Below the pieces are notes generated by a model. It ran no database searches. It was not told where the DNA came from and saw only the letters and a list, made by a program, of their open reading frames with translations. A stretch of DNA of 63,801 nt, the filler included, from Stramenopiles sp. TOSAG23-6 (Eukaryota), in NCBI GenBank assembly GCA_900128565.1. It is 6 parts of 6 records of this genome, joined end to end, with 100 filler letters (N's around TTAATTAATTAA, not from the genome) between each part and the next. Parts side by side here need not be neighbours in the genome. Positions count along the whole stretch, not along the records: positions 12,601 to 25,038 come from LT636204.1; positions 25,139 to 37,464 come from LT636206.1; 4 more parts are not named here. The stretch is one strand, 5' to 3'. Of this stretch, positions 23,921 to 34,711 are shown piece after piece (within the stretch, counting starts at the first letter, position 1; the number at the start of each line of letters is the position of its first letter). The position numbers were made by a program, and so were the translations under genes.

Positions 23921-24802
23921 TTGCAAGACGTACACAAGACTCATGAACTCGTCATTCAATCAATGAACAAAAATGCATGTGCTAGTAAGAAGGTGCGTAG
24001 TTCAAATATTGCACTGACCGAGGCATATGGCAGTGGTGCTTCCACAGAGCTTACAACTAGAGGTGTGTGCGTTACGCATCAATCATGCGAGAAACATATT
24101 TTTGCTGCGGGGTTAGCATTTGTTCTCAAAAGCATTGACCGTATGCTACTATTACCTGGACCTATGTCGTCTTCGCCTTCTATGCGACACTTTTTACCAT
24201 TTGCAATAACACGAGGATACATTGAAGAAAAGGAGGCCGAGCATCGGAATGATTTCTTGCTACCAATATCACCAAGTATAGAAGCAGTGTTACGAGTGAC
24301 ACTAAAAAACAAAGTCGGTGATATCCTTGTAGATACACTAGGTAAAGATGCTGAAATGACAGAAATGACTGCAATTACAAGTGAACCTCATCCAAACGCA
24401 ACACCACAAGCTGTTCATAGTGATAGTGAGTGGCATGGAGAAGATACTGAAAACAAAGTTCAATTAGTCACAGTTTTTGTAGCTTTACATGATATTTTAG
24501 ATGAATCAATGGGTCCTACTCAATTTTGGCCAAATACACATGCACCACATTGTTTCATTGACGGGAAATGGAATGCACCTACACCTGTAATAGCAAAAGA
24601 AACGCCACATACTTGGTATCCTCTCAATGCAGGTGATTCTGTAGTAATGAATCCTTGCTTATGGCATTGTGGTGGTGCAAATACATCGAATATGCGAAGA
24701 ACACTTTTATCTTTTTCATTTACAAAATCGAAACCAGTGGAAAAGAATGATTCAAGTGCTAGTGATGATATAAAAAAATGGAGACTCTGTGATTTTTTAT
24801 GA
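23921..24802 (+). CDS. Phytanoyl-CoA dioxygenase (PhyH) family 2OG-Fe(II) oxygenase
   Basis: QAVHSD, VALHDI, MGPTQFWPNTH, AGDSVVM and WHCGGAN...RR motifs. Confidence 0.85.
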   Translation: MQDVHKTHELVIQSMNKNACASKKVRSSNIALTEAYGSGASTELTTRGVCVTHQSCEKHIFAAGLAFVLKSIDRMLLLPGPMSSSPSMRHFLPFAITRGYIEEKEAEHRNDFLLPISPSIEAVLRVTLKNKVGDILVDTLGKDAEMTEMTAITSEPHPNATPQAVHSDSEWHGEDTENKVQLVTVFVALHDILDESMGPTQFWPNTHAPHCFIDGKWNAPTPVIAKETPHTWYPLNAGDSVVMNPCLWHCGGANTSNMRRTLLSFSFTKSKPVEKNDSSASDDIKKWRLCDFL

Positions 24803-25204
24803 AATATTTATAATATATATAAATTTCAAATTGAGAATTTTTTTGCTTTACTACAGGTTATAACTTAAAAGTATTAAAATGTTTATAAAACAGAAATCAA
24901 TTCATTCTAAAAATAATAGATGGTATGAAATTCATATTTATTTATTTCTTTCACTTTCAATTGAGAGTATAATAAAAAATAAATATTTCATCCATTTGTT
25001 TTTGTTTGTTTTTGTTTGACGTCTTTTTACACTAAAAANNNNNNNNNNNNNNNNNNNNNNNNNNNNNNNNNNNNNNNNNNNNTTAATTAATTAANNNNNN
25101 NNNNNNNNNNNNNNNNNNNNNNNNNNNNNNNNNNNNNNGTTAGGTACAAAATTTTTATAAAAAAAAAATTCGATTTTTTTGTTAAAAAAAAAAATAAAAC
25201 ATAC

Positions 25205-25630
25205 ATAATTGTTTACTTGTACAGGAGATATCCCGCGAATATTCGCATAAAAAACCATAACTTCCCAAACGGTCAATGTGTCAAACAATGCATTTGCTTG
25301 AGGACAAAATCCAAACCCAAGCATGTATTTTAGAAAAATATTTCAAAAAAAAAACTTAAATTTGTCAAGTACAAAATTTTCAAAAAAAAAACATTTGAAT
25401 TTGAAAAAAAATTAAACATACATATCTTCCCTACTCATAGAATATATTTCTCGATTATTCACATAACATTTTCCACTTGTTGGTGTTAATTGTTGCATTA
25501 GAATGGATAACGCTGTCGTTTTACCGGCGCCATTTGCACCCAAAAGTGAGAAACATTCACCTTTTTTTATACGCAAACTTAAATGGTGCAAAGCCAATGT
25601 ACCCTCATATCTTTGGTTATTTTGAGGATC
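25205..25630 (-). CDS. ABCA transporter nucleotide-binding domain, two internal exons (partial)
   Basis: GECFSLLGANGAGKTT, GFCPQ and LFDTLTVWE. Intron 25323-25421. Confidence 0.85.
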
Positions 25631-25700
25631 ATGTATTTTGGAAAAATATTTCAAAATTTTCTTAAAAAAAAAAAATTTGTTAGGTACAAAATTTTTTTAC

Positions 25701-25737
<37 letters not shown>

Positions 25738-25757
25738 AATGCATCATGAAAATGTAC

Positions 25758-26468
25758 AAGGCACGCGATCTTTTTGTTGAGTTGTGGTATCTGGATCACA
25801 TTCCACGTTGCGACAGATAAACTCAATTAAAACCGACATACCACCACAAGCAACCAACTTTTTACGCGATGAAGTACCTCCCACTATTATGTGTGTTTTT
25901 TTTCAAAAGCAATGATACAATAATGAAAAACTGGTAGTACTATATAAAGTTGTAGAGAATATGGAAAGTTGTAATACATACTATAAAACTCAGCTGAAAA
26001 TTCACGCATTGCCTTCTGTCTTGCCAATAAAGTATTCTGTCTAGTGACCACTTTACTCTTGCCATATGCATATTGACTTCCATGCAGCAATGTTGCTCCA
26101 GCGCCTGAAGGCCACGATACAATCGAAAGGTGTCTGAGAAAGCCCAACTCCTTTGGTCGTGGGATGTGCCCATATATTTTATTTTTCATCCAGAAATAAG
26201 TTTTACCAGGACGAACATTATTCGAAAAGGAGTTTCTAGTGTCAGGGGGTTTAAACTGTCCAAATCCTATGTTAGTTCTAACTATTTTATTCTTCTTTTT
26301 CTTCGAGCTTTGAGCTCTTCGTTGACAAACCTCGCGATGACCATTCTTCCAACCTAGACGTTGACACTTTTTACCGCAGTAGAACTCACTCTTACATCGC
26401 GCGCAACATAAAAGATCTACGGTAATCTTTCCACAAACATTGCAACATTTTTTATTTGCTTCAGACAT
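25758..26468 (-). CDS. MYND zinc-finger protein (3' structure uncertain)
   Basis: CNVC...CARCKSEFYCGKKCQRLGWKNGHREVC. A probable second exon at about 25758-25888 encodes an ARM-like RKKLVACGGMSVLIEFI. Confidence 0.7.
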
Positions 26469-26539
26469 GTTTTATTCAATGAGAAAAATGTGACTTCTAA
26501 TCTTACATATAAATCACAAGGAATAAATACAGTAGCTAG

Positions 26540-29500
26540 TGCTTTCTCGGAAACGGATCTAAATTTAGACTTTGCGTCTAGATTTAGACGCATTTTCGTA
26601 GTTATTTCATACATTAAGTACAAGCACTTTCATACAACTTTTTGTACCTAATGAACTGCAAATGATCTGAAGCGCACGAAAATGCTGCTCTTTCTGACGT
26701 GGCATAAATTCTTCGTGGTGAGTCAAACCTCTTTTTATGACAGGTAGCAAAATAGAACTTTTGCGTCTAGATCTAGACGCACTTTTCAACACTCTTCCAA
26801 CCACTATTGAAGTAATATTTGATAATGACAGTAGGATGAGTCCATCCCAACACCAGTATCAGCCAAACCCGCGTGGTTACAGCTCCGGGGATACTCGGGA
26901 TGCCGCACCTCAGAGTGCACAAGATTGTCAATCTCTAAATGGCCAAAACTGGAGAGATGTGCTTCTACAAATCCCACATGAGTCCGGACCTGGAGATATT
27001 GTGACCATCCTATTTGAGCAACATCCATATAAACTTACCCTACCGCCCACATATACATGTGGAACTCGTTTAGTCGCTCGATTTCACCTGGATAGCTCGA
27101 ATAAGCCAGTTAAAATTCAATACTACGATTGTAGTACTAACAGAAACAACAAGACTACTAGTAGCAGATCATCCTCAACGCAATCTACACATAACTCAGT
27201 GAGTAATTACCAAGTAGAAGGCTCAAAAAATTGTACCAATCACAGAAGACCTATTTCTGAATCGATTCCACAATCTGAAGCTCGTAGCGCCAATACTCTC
27301 AATAATAATAGCACCTCTACGTCTAATGTCACAGCAGAAGAAAGCAAGAGGAAGAAGCCATCTAAATTTGGCCCTGGTGTACGTTGTTGTAAAAAGAAAC
27401 CACCAAATGTTTACTATGGTAACATTCATAGCGGCATTACAAGGGGTGTGTGGAGGGTTCAGTGGGATAATGGCGATGAAACTCATACTAAGAGTAATAC
27501 TATACGAATTGCTGAATACGGCGAAAGTGTCAATCCGAATGAAGTTGGTCATTATGTAAATCCACTTGCAGATGATGGGGACCAAGTTGGGATTGGTGAA
27601 GTAGTTACTGGCGAAGAACACCGTCATTTTAATATGATGCTAAATGACTTATCCGATTATGACTCAGATGATCCAGACTTTCGTCCTGAAGATAATCAAA
27701 GGAACCAAAATATTGCTGATTGGACTGCAAGTCTACAAGATTGGATTGGAAAGGAAATCACTGTTAATAATGGTAATAAGTGGACTGTTGTTGGTTCGTC
27801 TGAAAGCGATGTTTTGAAATGGACTGGTGAAGGTGGCGGTACAATTGATAAATCTAAGTGGACAGACGATATAAAGAAGGGAATGAAGCCTGAGATTCCA
27901 GGACTAGATTTTAGAACTGGCAAAGTAAATCTACTTGATTCATTTCTAAAATTCTACCCAGGAGACATAAAGAAACACGTTGAAAAAGTTAATGCCAAAA
28001 TTAAATCAGATAGTAATGCGTCTCTAATATCTGAACACGAGTGGATGACGTTTTGGGGTCTAATTCTTGCGGCAACTAACTTTGTTCCCAACGGAGAGAA
28101 ACTATGGGCAACAACTAAACCAGATGTGTCTTGCTCCGGAATTACAGATTTCTTTAGGGAAATGATGCCACTTTCTCGCTTTAAATTGATCAAACGATAT
28201 TGTACATATGCGTTTGCTGGCGATGACGAGGACGATCCATGGAATCCAATACGTGGATTAATCAATGACTTCAATAAAAACCGACTTGATAGTCTTCTTG
28301 TTAGTTGTATTGTTGTTCTTGATGAATCTATGTCAGCGTTTCGCCCTCAGACTACAAAGAATGGTCTTGGGCATGGTATTGAGATACCTCATATATCCTA
28401 TATTGAAAGAAAGCCAGAGCCGCTTGGTCATGAAATGAAAGATAGCGCGTGTGCTCAAACAGGGATAATAATGCATATCGAACTACAAGAAGGTGCCGAA
28501 TTAATGGCTACCAAAAAATACGCTGAACGACTGGGAAAATCGCCTGGAAAAGTTCTTAGAATGGTGACTGGTGCGCTAGGAATTGATGAACCCAGCACAG
28601 ATCAGAGCGACAAGTCAAACAAGATTCATGAGCATCGAAAACACGTAAAAGTCATTCTAGGTGATGCGGATTTTGGTAGTATTCCTGCTGCGGTAGCGAT
28701 AAAAAAAGAAACTGGAAGAGAAGTTATTTTTGTTGTCAAGACACAACACACTGGTTATCCAAAGAAATTTTTATTGACGCGACTCAAATATGCCCCTGCA
28801 GGTATGTCAATGGTTCTAACATGTACTGTCGATGGAGTTGAGCTTGTAGCCGTGGGATATAAGTACAACTACAGCAAGGTGCTATTTTTTTTGATGACAA
28901 AAGATGCTGGAAGTACATTAAAAGGAACCCCCTATGAACAAAAGTTTACTGATTGTAACGGCTGCCAAGCGAAGCGACTGATTCCTAGGATGATTGCACT
29001 CTCCCGATATTTTAAATACTGCGATCGAATTGACTCGCACAACCACGCTCGTCAGAAGTGTCTTGCGCTTGAGAAGAAATGGGTAACACAATGCGGTTGG
29101 TTCAGGCTTTCAACAACATTAATGAGTATGACTTTTGTTGATTGCTTCAAAGCTATACGATATGGTGTGTGCAAGAATCACCGATACAAGACGGCAACAA
29201 ATAAAGAAATGGCGGATATTTTGGCATATGATTTATGTGATGTTGGCGGGAAAAGATTTGAAACCACGCGACCGTGTCCTACAGGCCAAAGAAAGCGAAA
29301 ATGGAAAAGGAATCTTTCTCGAGAGTTTCTTGAGAAGCACTGCCACCGTCAGAAGAAGTCCCGTGGTAAGAAGTCCTGTAGATCCGCCCAGAAACCATTA
29401 GAGCCAACTTTAGATTTCAATAAGCACATGCTTACGCGTTCTAGTCAAAAAAGATGTATTTGGTGTGCAAATGCCTATGGGATAGTTAATAGAGTTCAGA

Positions 29501-29810
29501 CGATATGTTCCAATTGTCAAGTGGCCGTGCATGGAGTTACTGGTAATGATCACGATATACTTGGCTGCTACGAGTTGCACTTAAAATACGGCATCCCTTC
29601 AAAAAATTCATGGAGGTCAGAGTATAGAAATGGGGAAGTAGTTGTAGGAGATAATAAGTGGAGTAATGATCCAACGTTTATTCGAGGAAAGAATGAGCTG
29701 TTAGCTCACAATAATATCCCAAAAATCGAGTAGTAATAGGAAAGTTTTAACGAGTTTTAACGTTTATTTTTTTNAANAAAAAAAAAAAANGTGCGTTTTC
29801 CGAGAAAGCA
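26540..29810 (+). mobile_element. Full-length piggyBac-like DNA transposon with 14-bp TIRs, flanked by CTAG
   Basis: TGCTTTCTCGGAAA (26540-26553) and TTTCCGAGAAAGCA (29797-29810). CTAG at 26536-26539 and 29811-29814. Subterminal palindromes TGCGTCTAGATYTAGACGCA at 26573-26592 and 26762-26781. Confidence 0.88.
26737..29733 (+). CDS. piggyBac-like DDD transposase with C-terminal Cys-rich domain
   Basis: 998-aa ORF. DDPWNPIR, VLDESM, RKPEPLGHE, LGDADFGS, DRIDSHN, and CIWC...CSNCQVAVH...CYELH. Confidence 0.88.
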   Translation: MTGSKIELLRLDLDALFNTLPTTIEVIFDNDSRMSPSQHQYQPNPRGYSSGDTRDAAPQSAQDCQSLNGQNWRDVLLQIPHESGPGDIVTILFEQHPYKLTLPPTYTCGTRLVARFHLDSSNKPVKIQYYDCSTNRNNKTTSSRSSSTQSTHNSVSNYQVEGSKNCTNHRRPISESIPQSEARSANTLNNNSTSTSNVTAEESKRKKPSKFGPGVRCCKKKPPNVYYGNIHSGITRGVWRVQWDNGDETHTKSNTIRIAEYGESVNPNEVGHYVNPLADDGDQVGIGEVVTGEEHRHFNMMLNDLSDYDSDDPDFRPEDNQRNQNIADWTASLQDWIGKEITVNNGNKWTVVGSSESDVLKWTGEGGGTIDKSKWTDDIKKGMKPEIPGLDFRTGKVNLLDSFLKFYPGDIKKHVEKVNAKIKSDSNASLISEHEWMTFWGLILAATNFVPNGEKLWATTKPDVSCSGITDFFREMMPLSRFKLIKRYCTYAFAGDDEDDPWNPIRGLINDFNKNRLDSLLVSCIVVLDESMSAFRPQTTKNGLGHGIEIPHISYIERKPEPLGHEMKDSACAQTGIIMHIELQEGAELMATKKYAERLGKSPGKVLRMVTGALGIDEPSTDQSDKSNKIHEHRKHVKVILGDADFGSIPAAVAIKKETGREVIFVVKTQHTGYPKKFLLTRLKYAPAGMSMVLTCTVDGVELVAVGYKYNYSKVLFFLMTKDAGSTLKGTPYEQKFTDCNGCQAKRLIPRMIALSRYFKYCDRIDSHNHARQKCLALEKKWVTQCGWFRLSTTLMSMTFVDCFKAIRYGVCKNHRYKTATNKEMADILAYDLCDVGGKRFETTRPCPTGQRKRKWKRNLSREFLEKHCHRQKKSRGKKSCRSAQKPLEPTLDFNKHMLTRSSQKRCIWCANAYGIVNRVQTICSNCQVAVHGVTGNDHDILGCYELHLKYGIPSKNSWRSEYRNGEVVVGDNKWSNDPTFIRGKNELLAHNNIPKIE

Positions 29811-30006
29811 CTAGTACGGTACCAGGTCGAGGTCATGATGATGACACGAATAATCGAAATCGGAATAATGATGTCAAAATCGAATTTTACGGGTCAAAAA
29901 NAAAAAAAAAAAAAAAAGGCCAGTCCATTGGATTTGGCCTCTCTCTCCGAGAAGTGTCGCCGTGCACGCACTAAGAGCGCGAAACACAAACTATTTCACT
30001 AGAATC

Positions 30007-31344
30007 ATGCCTTCAGCCCCTGAATCATTTGTTCCACCCGTGACTGAACACGCTCAAGGTGATAAGCATCAAATTATGGACGAACCTAAAGACGTTGCTG
30101 TTACCAAAGCTAGTGAAGAAATTGCCAAGGTTACTCAGGAAAACACTGAGAAAATTGCTGTACCTGAAGCTACTGAAGAAATTGTAGAAAAAGTCGAGGA
30201 AAAAAATGCTGTACCTGAAGCTACTGAAGAAATTGAAGAAATTAAAGAAAACATCACTAAGGAAGTGACTTTACCTGAAACTGCGAAAGAATTTGATGAA
30301 AAAACTCCTGAGAAGGAAGTTACAGAAGAAGTCGTAGAAGAAAATGCAACGAAGAATCGTAGTGGAAGCTATCAGTCTTTGACGAAAGAGGAATTACTCA
30401 AGGAAGCTGATCGTATCCGTGCTGAAGAACAAAAAAAGAGAATTGAAGGAGCCAAACAGCTTCAGTCATTGCACAGTCAATGGGAACAGGAGATTAAGGC
30501 AATGAGCCCAGAAGAAAGAGTTAGTCAACTCACAGCGCTGAAGGAGGCAACTACTTCCATCAATACTCAGTTGAAAACAATGAATGCTCAGGAGAAAGAA
30601 GTTGCACTGGCTGCTCTCTCTGAAGAAGATATTCTTCAATATCGTAAATACAAATTCTATGAAACTGTGCAACTTGAACTTGAACTTAAATCCAAATTGG
30701 CTGCTTTGCCTCAAGCTGACAGAACAGCATATGTGAAGGATATCATGACGCAACAAGCTGAACTTCATAAGAAACTTCAAACAATGACTGACACAGAAAA
30801 AGAAGATTATTTATGTAATATGACAGAAGAAGAACTTAACTCTATCAGAAGGGCTCGATTATTGGAATTGATGTTTAAGCAACAACAAAAAGCGATGCAG
30901 CTTCAGCAAGGAGATGGAAAAAACATTCAAGTTCAAATTCCTGAAAATTGGACGGAAGGTAAAAATCTCGTTGTTAATATTCAAGGCCAACAGTTAAAAT
31001 TGGCACCTCCAGCTGGCTCAAAACCAGGACAAATCTTAACTGTTCGCATTCGTGCTCCAGCTACCGCCGCTGCTGGTAATACAGCGGGAAAGACAAATGT
31101 TGAAAAATTAAGAGAATTGATGTCAGAGGAGAAGGGTCTTGTGGTTCCACCACTTAAAAAAAACGAACCTGAAATAAAAAACACAGAAAGTGAAGAAGTG
31201 AAACGTCGCCGTAAACGCAAGAGAAGAAAGGCACGTAATGCAGAAAGTTCTTTAATGACAGATGTGGCTGTGATTGGTGGTTTTGCAGTCGTAGCTGCTG
31301 TTGGATATTTAGCAGCTAGGCGAATTTTTGGTCGTTCAAACTAA
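30007..31344 (+). CDS. Hypothetical acidic coiled-coil protein with C-terminal tail anchor
   Basis: Long intronless ORF; hydrophobic VAVIGGFAVVAAVGYLA followed by basic residues at the C-terminus. Confidence 0.75.
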   Translation: MPSAPESFVPPVTEHAQGDKHQIMDEPKDVAVTKASEEIAKVTQENTEKIAVPEATEEIVEKVEEKNAVPEATEEIEEIKENITKEVTLPETAKEFDEKTPEKEVTEEVVEENATKNRSGSYQSLTKEELLKEADRIRAEEQKKRIEGAKQLQSLHSQWEQEIKAMSPEERVSQLTALKEATTSINTQLKTMNAQEKEVALAALSEEDILQYRKYKFYETVQLELELKSKLAALPQADRTAYVKDIMTQQAELHKKLQTMTDTEKEDYLCNMTEEELNSIRRARLLELMFKQQQKAMQLQQGDGKNIQVQIPENWTEGKNLVVNIQGQQLKLAPPAGSKPGQILTVRIRAPATAAAGNTAGKTNVEKLRELMSEEKGLVVPPLKKNEPEIKNTESEEVKRRRKRKRRKARNAESSLMTDVAVIGGFAVVAAVGYLAARRIFGRSN

Positions 31345-31567
31345 AACTAGTCCAAATTAGTTGCAATTTTAGTATAATATCGCCATATTATCCTAGTGCA
31401 TAGTATATAGAATAACATTGTATATCACGGCAAGTTTTCTTTGGAGTTGTTTTGAAATGTAAAACAAAAAAAACACTCTTGGAAAATGAATGCTGGAAAA
31501 TCAATAAACTTTTTCAAAAAATAAAAAAGATTAAAAAACATTTGTCTCTTTTTATGATTATACAAAC

Positions 31568-32346
31568 TTATTTGGAAATCTCATTTTGTGTTTTTCTTGC
31601 ATTTTCTAATATTGAAAAAAATCTCTGTCTCCAAGCTGATACCATATCTGATGTCTCACGACGAATAGCTTCCTGTGCTTTCTCATATGAGCTAATATTG
31701 ATAGATAGTATTTCTGCGTATCGGCAAAGTACTGTGGAAAAATATTACAGTTTTTTTTATTAGGTACAAAATTTCGTACGAAAAAGAAATAGGCAAAAAA
31801 ATAATGAAAACGTACAACATATCCACCACAGTCATAACCATTTGTTTGCGATGCGCATTCCATTCGTTTAAATGCAGCCTCGTCCTTAAAATTACATGTT
31901 TTATTGATTATAACTGCCATCTCTTTGGCAATGGTTTCATTAACACTAGAATATGCAGAATCATAATATTCCCACACTGCATCTTCGTCAGATGTCGCTG
32001 ATAAACGATTTAGTACCAATAAGCTCCAGTGTGTTCCACCATTAGGTTGTCGTAACTCCCTATTATTATTCACGGGTATAAGTGCTAACTGTTTGGTGTT
32101 TAATTGAAAATGTTCAAACATATCTTTAATATCTTCATCATCTGTTTCTTTTATTGCTAGAGGAACTAAACCTGGGTGGAAAAATGCAATCGAAGAATCC
32201 TTACTAATACTATGCTGCAAGTATTCAAAGAACGCCCAAATGCAGTTATCATTGAGCCAATTTCCGGGTTTTAAAAGTGCTACATCGTCATTCATTAAAT
32301 CAGCAGAGTGAAAAGTAACGTAGAGATGTTTGTCGCGAGTCGTCAT
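31568..32346 (-). CDS. SENP8: SENP8/NEDP1-like Ulp1 (C48) protease
   Basis: WLNDNCI, GGTHWSLL, YYDS, QTNGYDCG. Intron 31727-31815 (GT..TT) continues YV-CRYAEIL. Confidence 0.85.
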
Positions 32347-32548
32347 GACAAAAGAAAATACGTAACAATAAAAAAGGTAGTACTTCTAAAAATGTCTTTA
32401 AAATTCGACAAGAGTTTTTGACACCAAACAAACCCTAACCCTAGCTTTTCGTTTTTTGAACGCACCGGTCGTAATAATACATTGGAATCTCAAGTTCAAA
32501 AAAGTTTGAAAAAACAACGTTCTTTCAGAGTGAAACACAAGACTTAAT

Positions 32549-34429
32549 ATGAGTGGCGCAGGCTCTGGATTGTTCGGAACAAACAATGGAAGTTTTTTTA
32601 AAGCTCCACATTGGGTGGATTTGGAAAAACGTCCAGGGAGGACAACTCAAAAATCACCAAAATGGATTGATTGGGTAAAATCAGTTTTTATGTTGAAGCA
32701 TATTTTGCTCTCTCCCAACTTGATATGGCTTTCCTTTGCAATTTTGGTGTATTTATTTTTCCCATATGATTTGGAGGCGGCAAAAGAGTGGCAAGTAGGG
32801 TGGGTTATGCATCGTGCATTGCTAAACATCGCAATTCTGTTCATCTATTATGGTTTTTGGTTTGGCACGTTAAGAGCAAATGGGCTTGGTTGGGGAAAAC
32901 GAAAGTTCAACGTTCAAGATATCACTTCGACGTCTGTAGTTTTTCATAATGTATATTATAGTTTTCTTGGGACACTACAATGGACTGCATGGGAATGCGG
33001 ATTTATGCATCTTTATGCTACCGGAAAGCTGGCATACGTATCTGATGCTGAACTATTTTCTACCCCTTCCAATGCTGCACGAACATTAATTTTTACAGCA
33101 GCAGTACCGGTGTGGAGAGGATTACATTTTTATGCGTCACATCGTTTCATTCATATGAGGGCAATTTATAGATATGTACATTGTTTACATCATCGTAATG
33201 TTGATATCGAACCTTTTTCAGGTCTCTGTATGTACGTTTTCAAAATGAATGTAAAAAAAAAAAAATGTACCAAAATTTGTATGTAACAGAAAATTTGAAT
33301 TTAAAATATTTTTCATAAAACCTGCATCCAGTGGAGCACCTGTATTATTTTTCGTGTTTGGCTCCGTCTCTTTGTGTTTTAGGAAGCCCATTTCATATGT
33401 TATGGAACGGTATGCATTTACTACTCTCACCAGCAGCAAGTCATTCGGGTTATGAGGATCATGTTTGTTTTCATCATTTCAATTTTAAATCGTTTTTTCG
33501 TACCAAATTTTGTACCTAACAAAAAAATCAATTTTTTGAATTTTTTTTTCACAACACATACACAGAGTGATCAGTTTCACTATCTGCACCATCGTTATTT
33601 TGAGTGTAACTTTGGATCAGCGTCTTTCCCGTTGGACAATTTATTTGGTACATTTAGAAGTGTTGTAGGAATAAAATCAAATGTAGAAAATAAAATTGAA
33701 CCTAACCCTGAAGAGAACCCTAACCCTAAAGAGAAAGAATTGATTGTAAAAACAAACGACAAGAATCCACTGCATCGTCGTAATGTCAATGTACGTTTTC
33801 ATTTCAATTTCAAATTATTTTTTTTTGTATTAAATTTTGTACCTAACATTTTTTTTTTGAAATATTTTTTTGCAATGCATAAAACAAAACTAAATGGACT
33901 AAATAAGAATGAAAAAGGAAATATTACTGAAAAATATGCATCTAAAAAGGAGAAACCATCTCGTTCATTAACACTTAAAATTCCCTCAGGTTTTTATGTC
34001 TATTTTATGCTTACCAGTGTTGGATTACCACTGCTTCTAATAGACTCGTTCAATAATACTATTTTTATGAAAAGTTTTGGTCTTTCAGATTTTTGTCTTC
34101 CACATTTAATTGGATCAATTGTTGCGTTTGGTCCATTGGTTTTAGCAGCTATATTAGTTGTGCTGACTGGTGATAAACTAAGTTGGCGTTGGCCGTTTCA
34201 TCGTGAAGTGATAATTGGAAAGTTTGGAATGCATTTGATAGTTGGTTTTCTTGTGGGTGTTTTACCTGTATTTCACATAATCTCTCTTTTATTGTCATCT
34301 AAAACAAAACAACATGGATATGGTAACTCTAGCGATAACAGTTGGGTACTTTCTAAAACGTTCCTTCCAGTAACAACTAGTACATTTGAATGCATGGCAA
34401 TTCCCTTATTTGAACGATTTCGTCAATGA
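32549..34429 (+). CDS. Fatty-acid hydroxylase / sterol desaturase family protein
   Basis: His boxes HRFIH, HCLHH and HYLHH. Introns 33232-33323 (GT..CT, restores FSGLCMHPVEH), 33463-33559 and 33791-33880. Confidence 0.85.
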
Positions 34430-34711
34430 ATGTTTAGAAAATGCGCAATATCGCCGACGCCAACAACTACAATAATGTTAATATAAGTTTACAGACAAGC
34501 ATGAGAGTGGTCAGAAGAAGAATTCGAAGAGACTTATTTATTGTTTGCAACAATATATATGAATTTTTTAAAACTTTGTATGTTTATTAGATTAAAGAGA
34601 AATATTGAAAAGTAAGTAAAATTGTGTTTGTAATTATTTACTGGCTATTTTTTTTTTTTTTGGTTTCGTACGAAATTTTGTACCTAACAATTCTTTTTAG
34701 ATTTATTGAAT

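Noticed and set aside
26540-29810. The piggyBac element as mobiliser of the intron family
   Set aside because: Its TIR (TGCTTTCTCGG) and CTAG flanks do not match the GTAT...ATAC ends or AT duplication of the introns.
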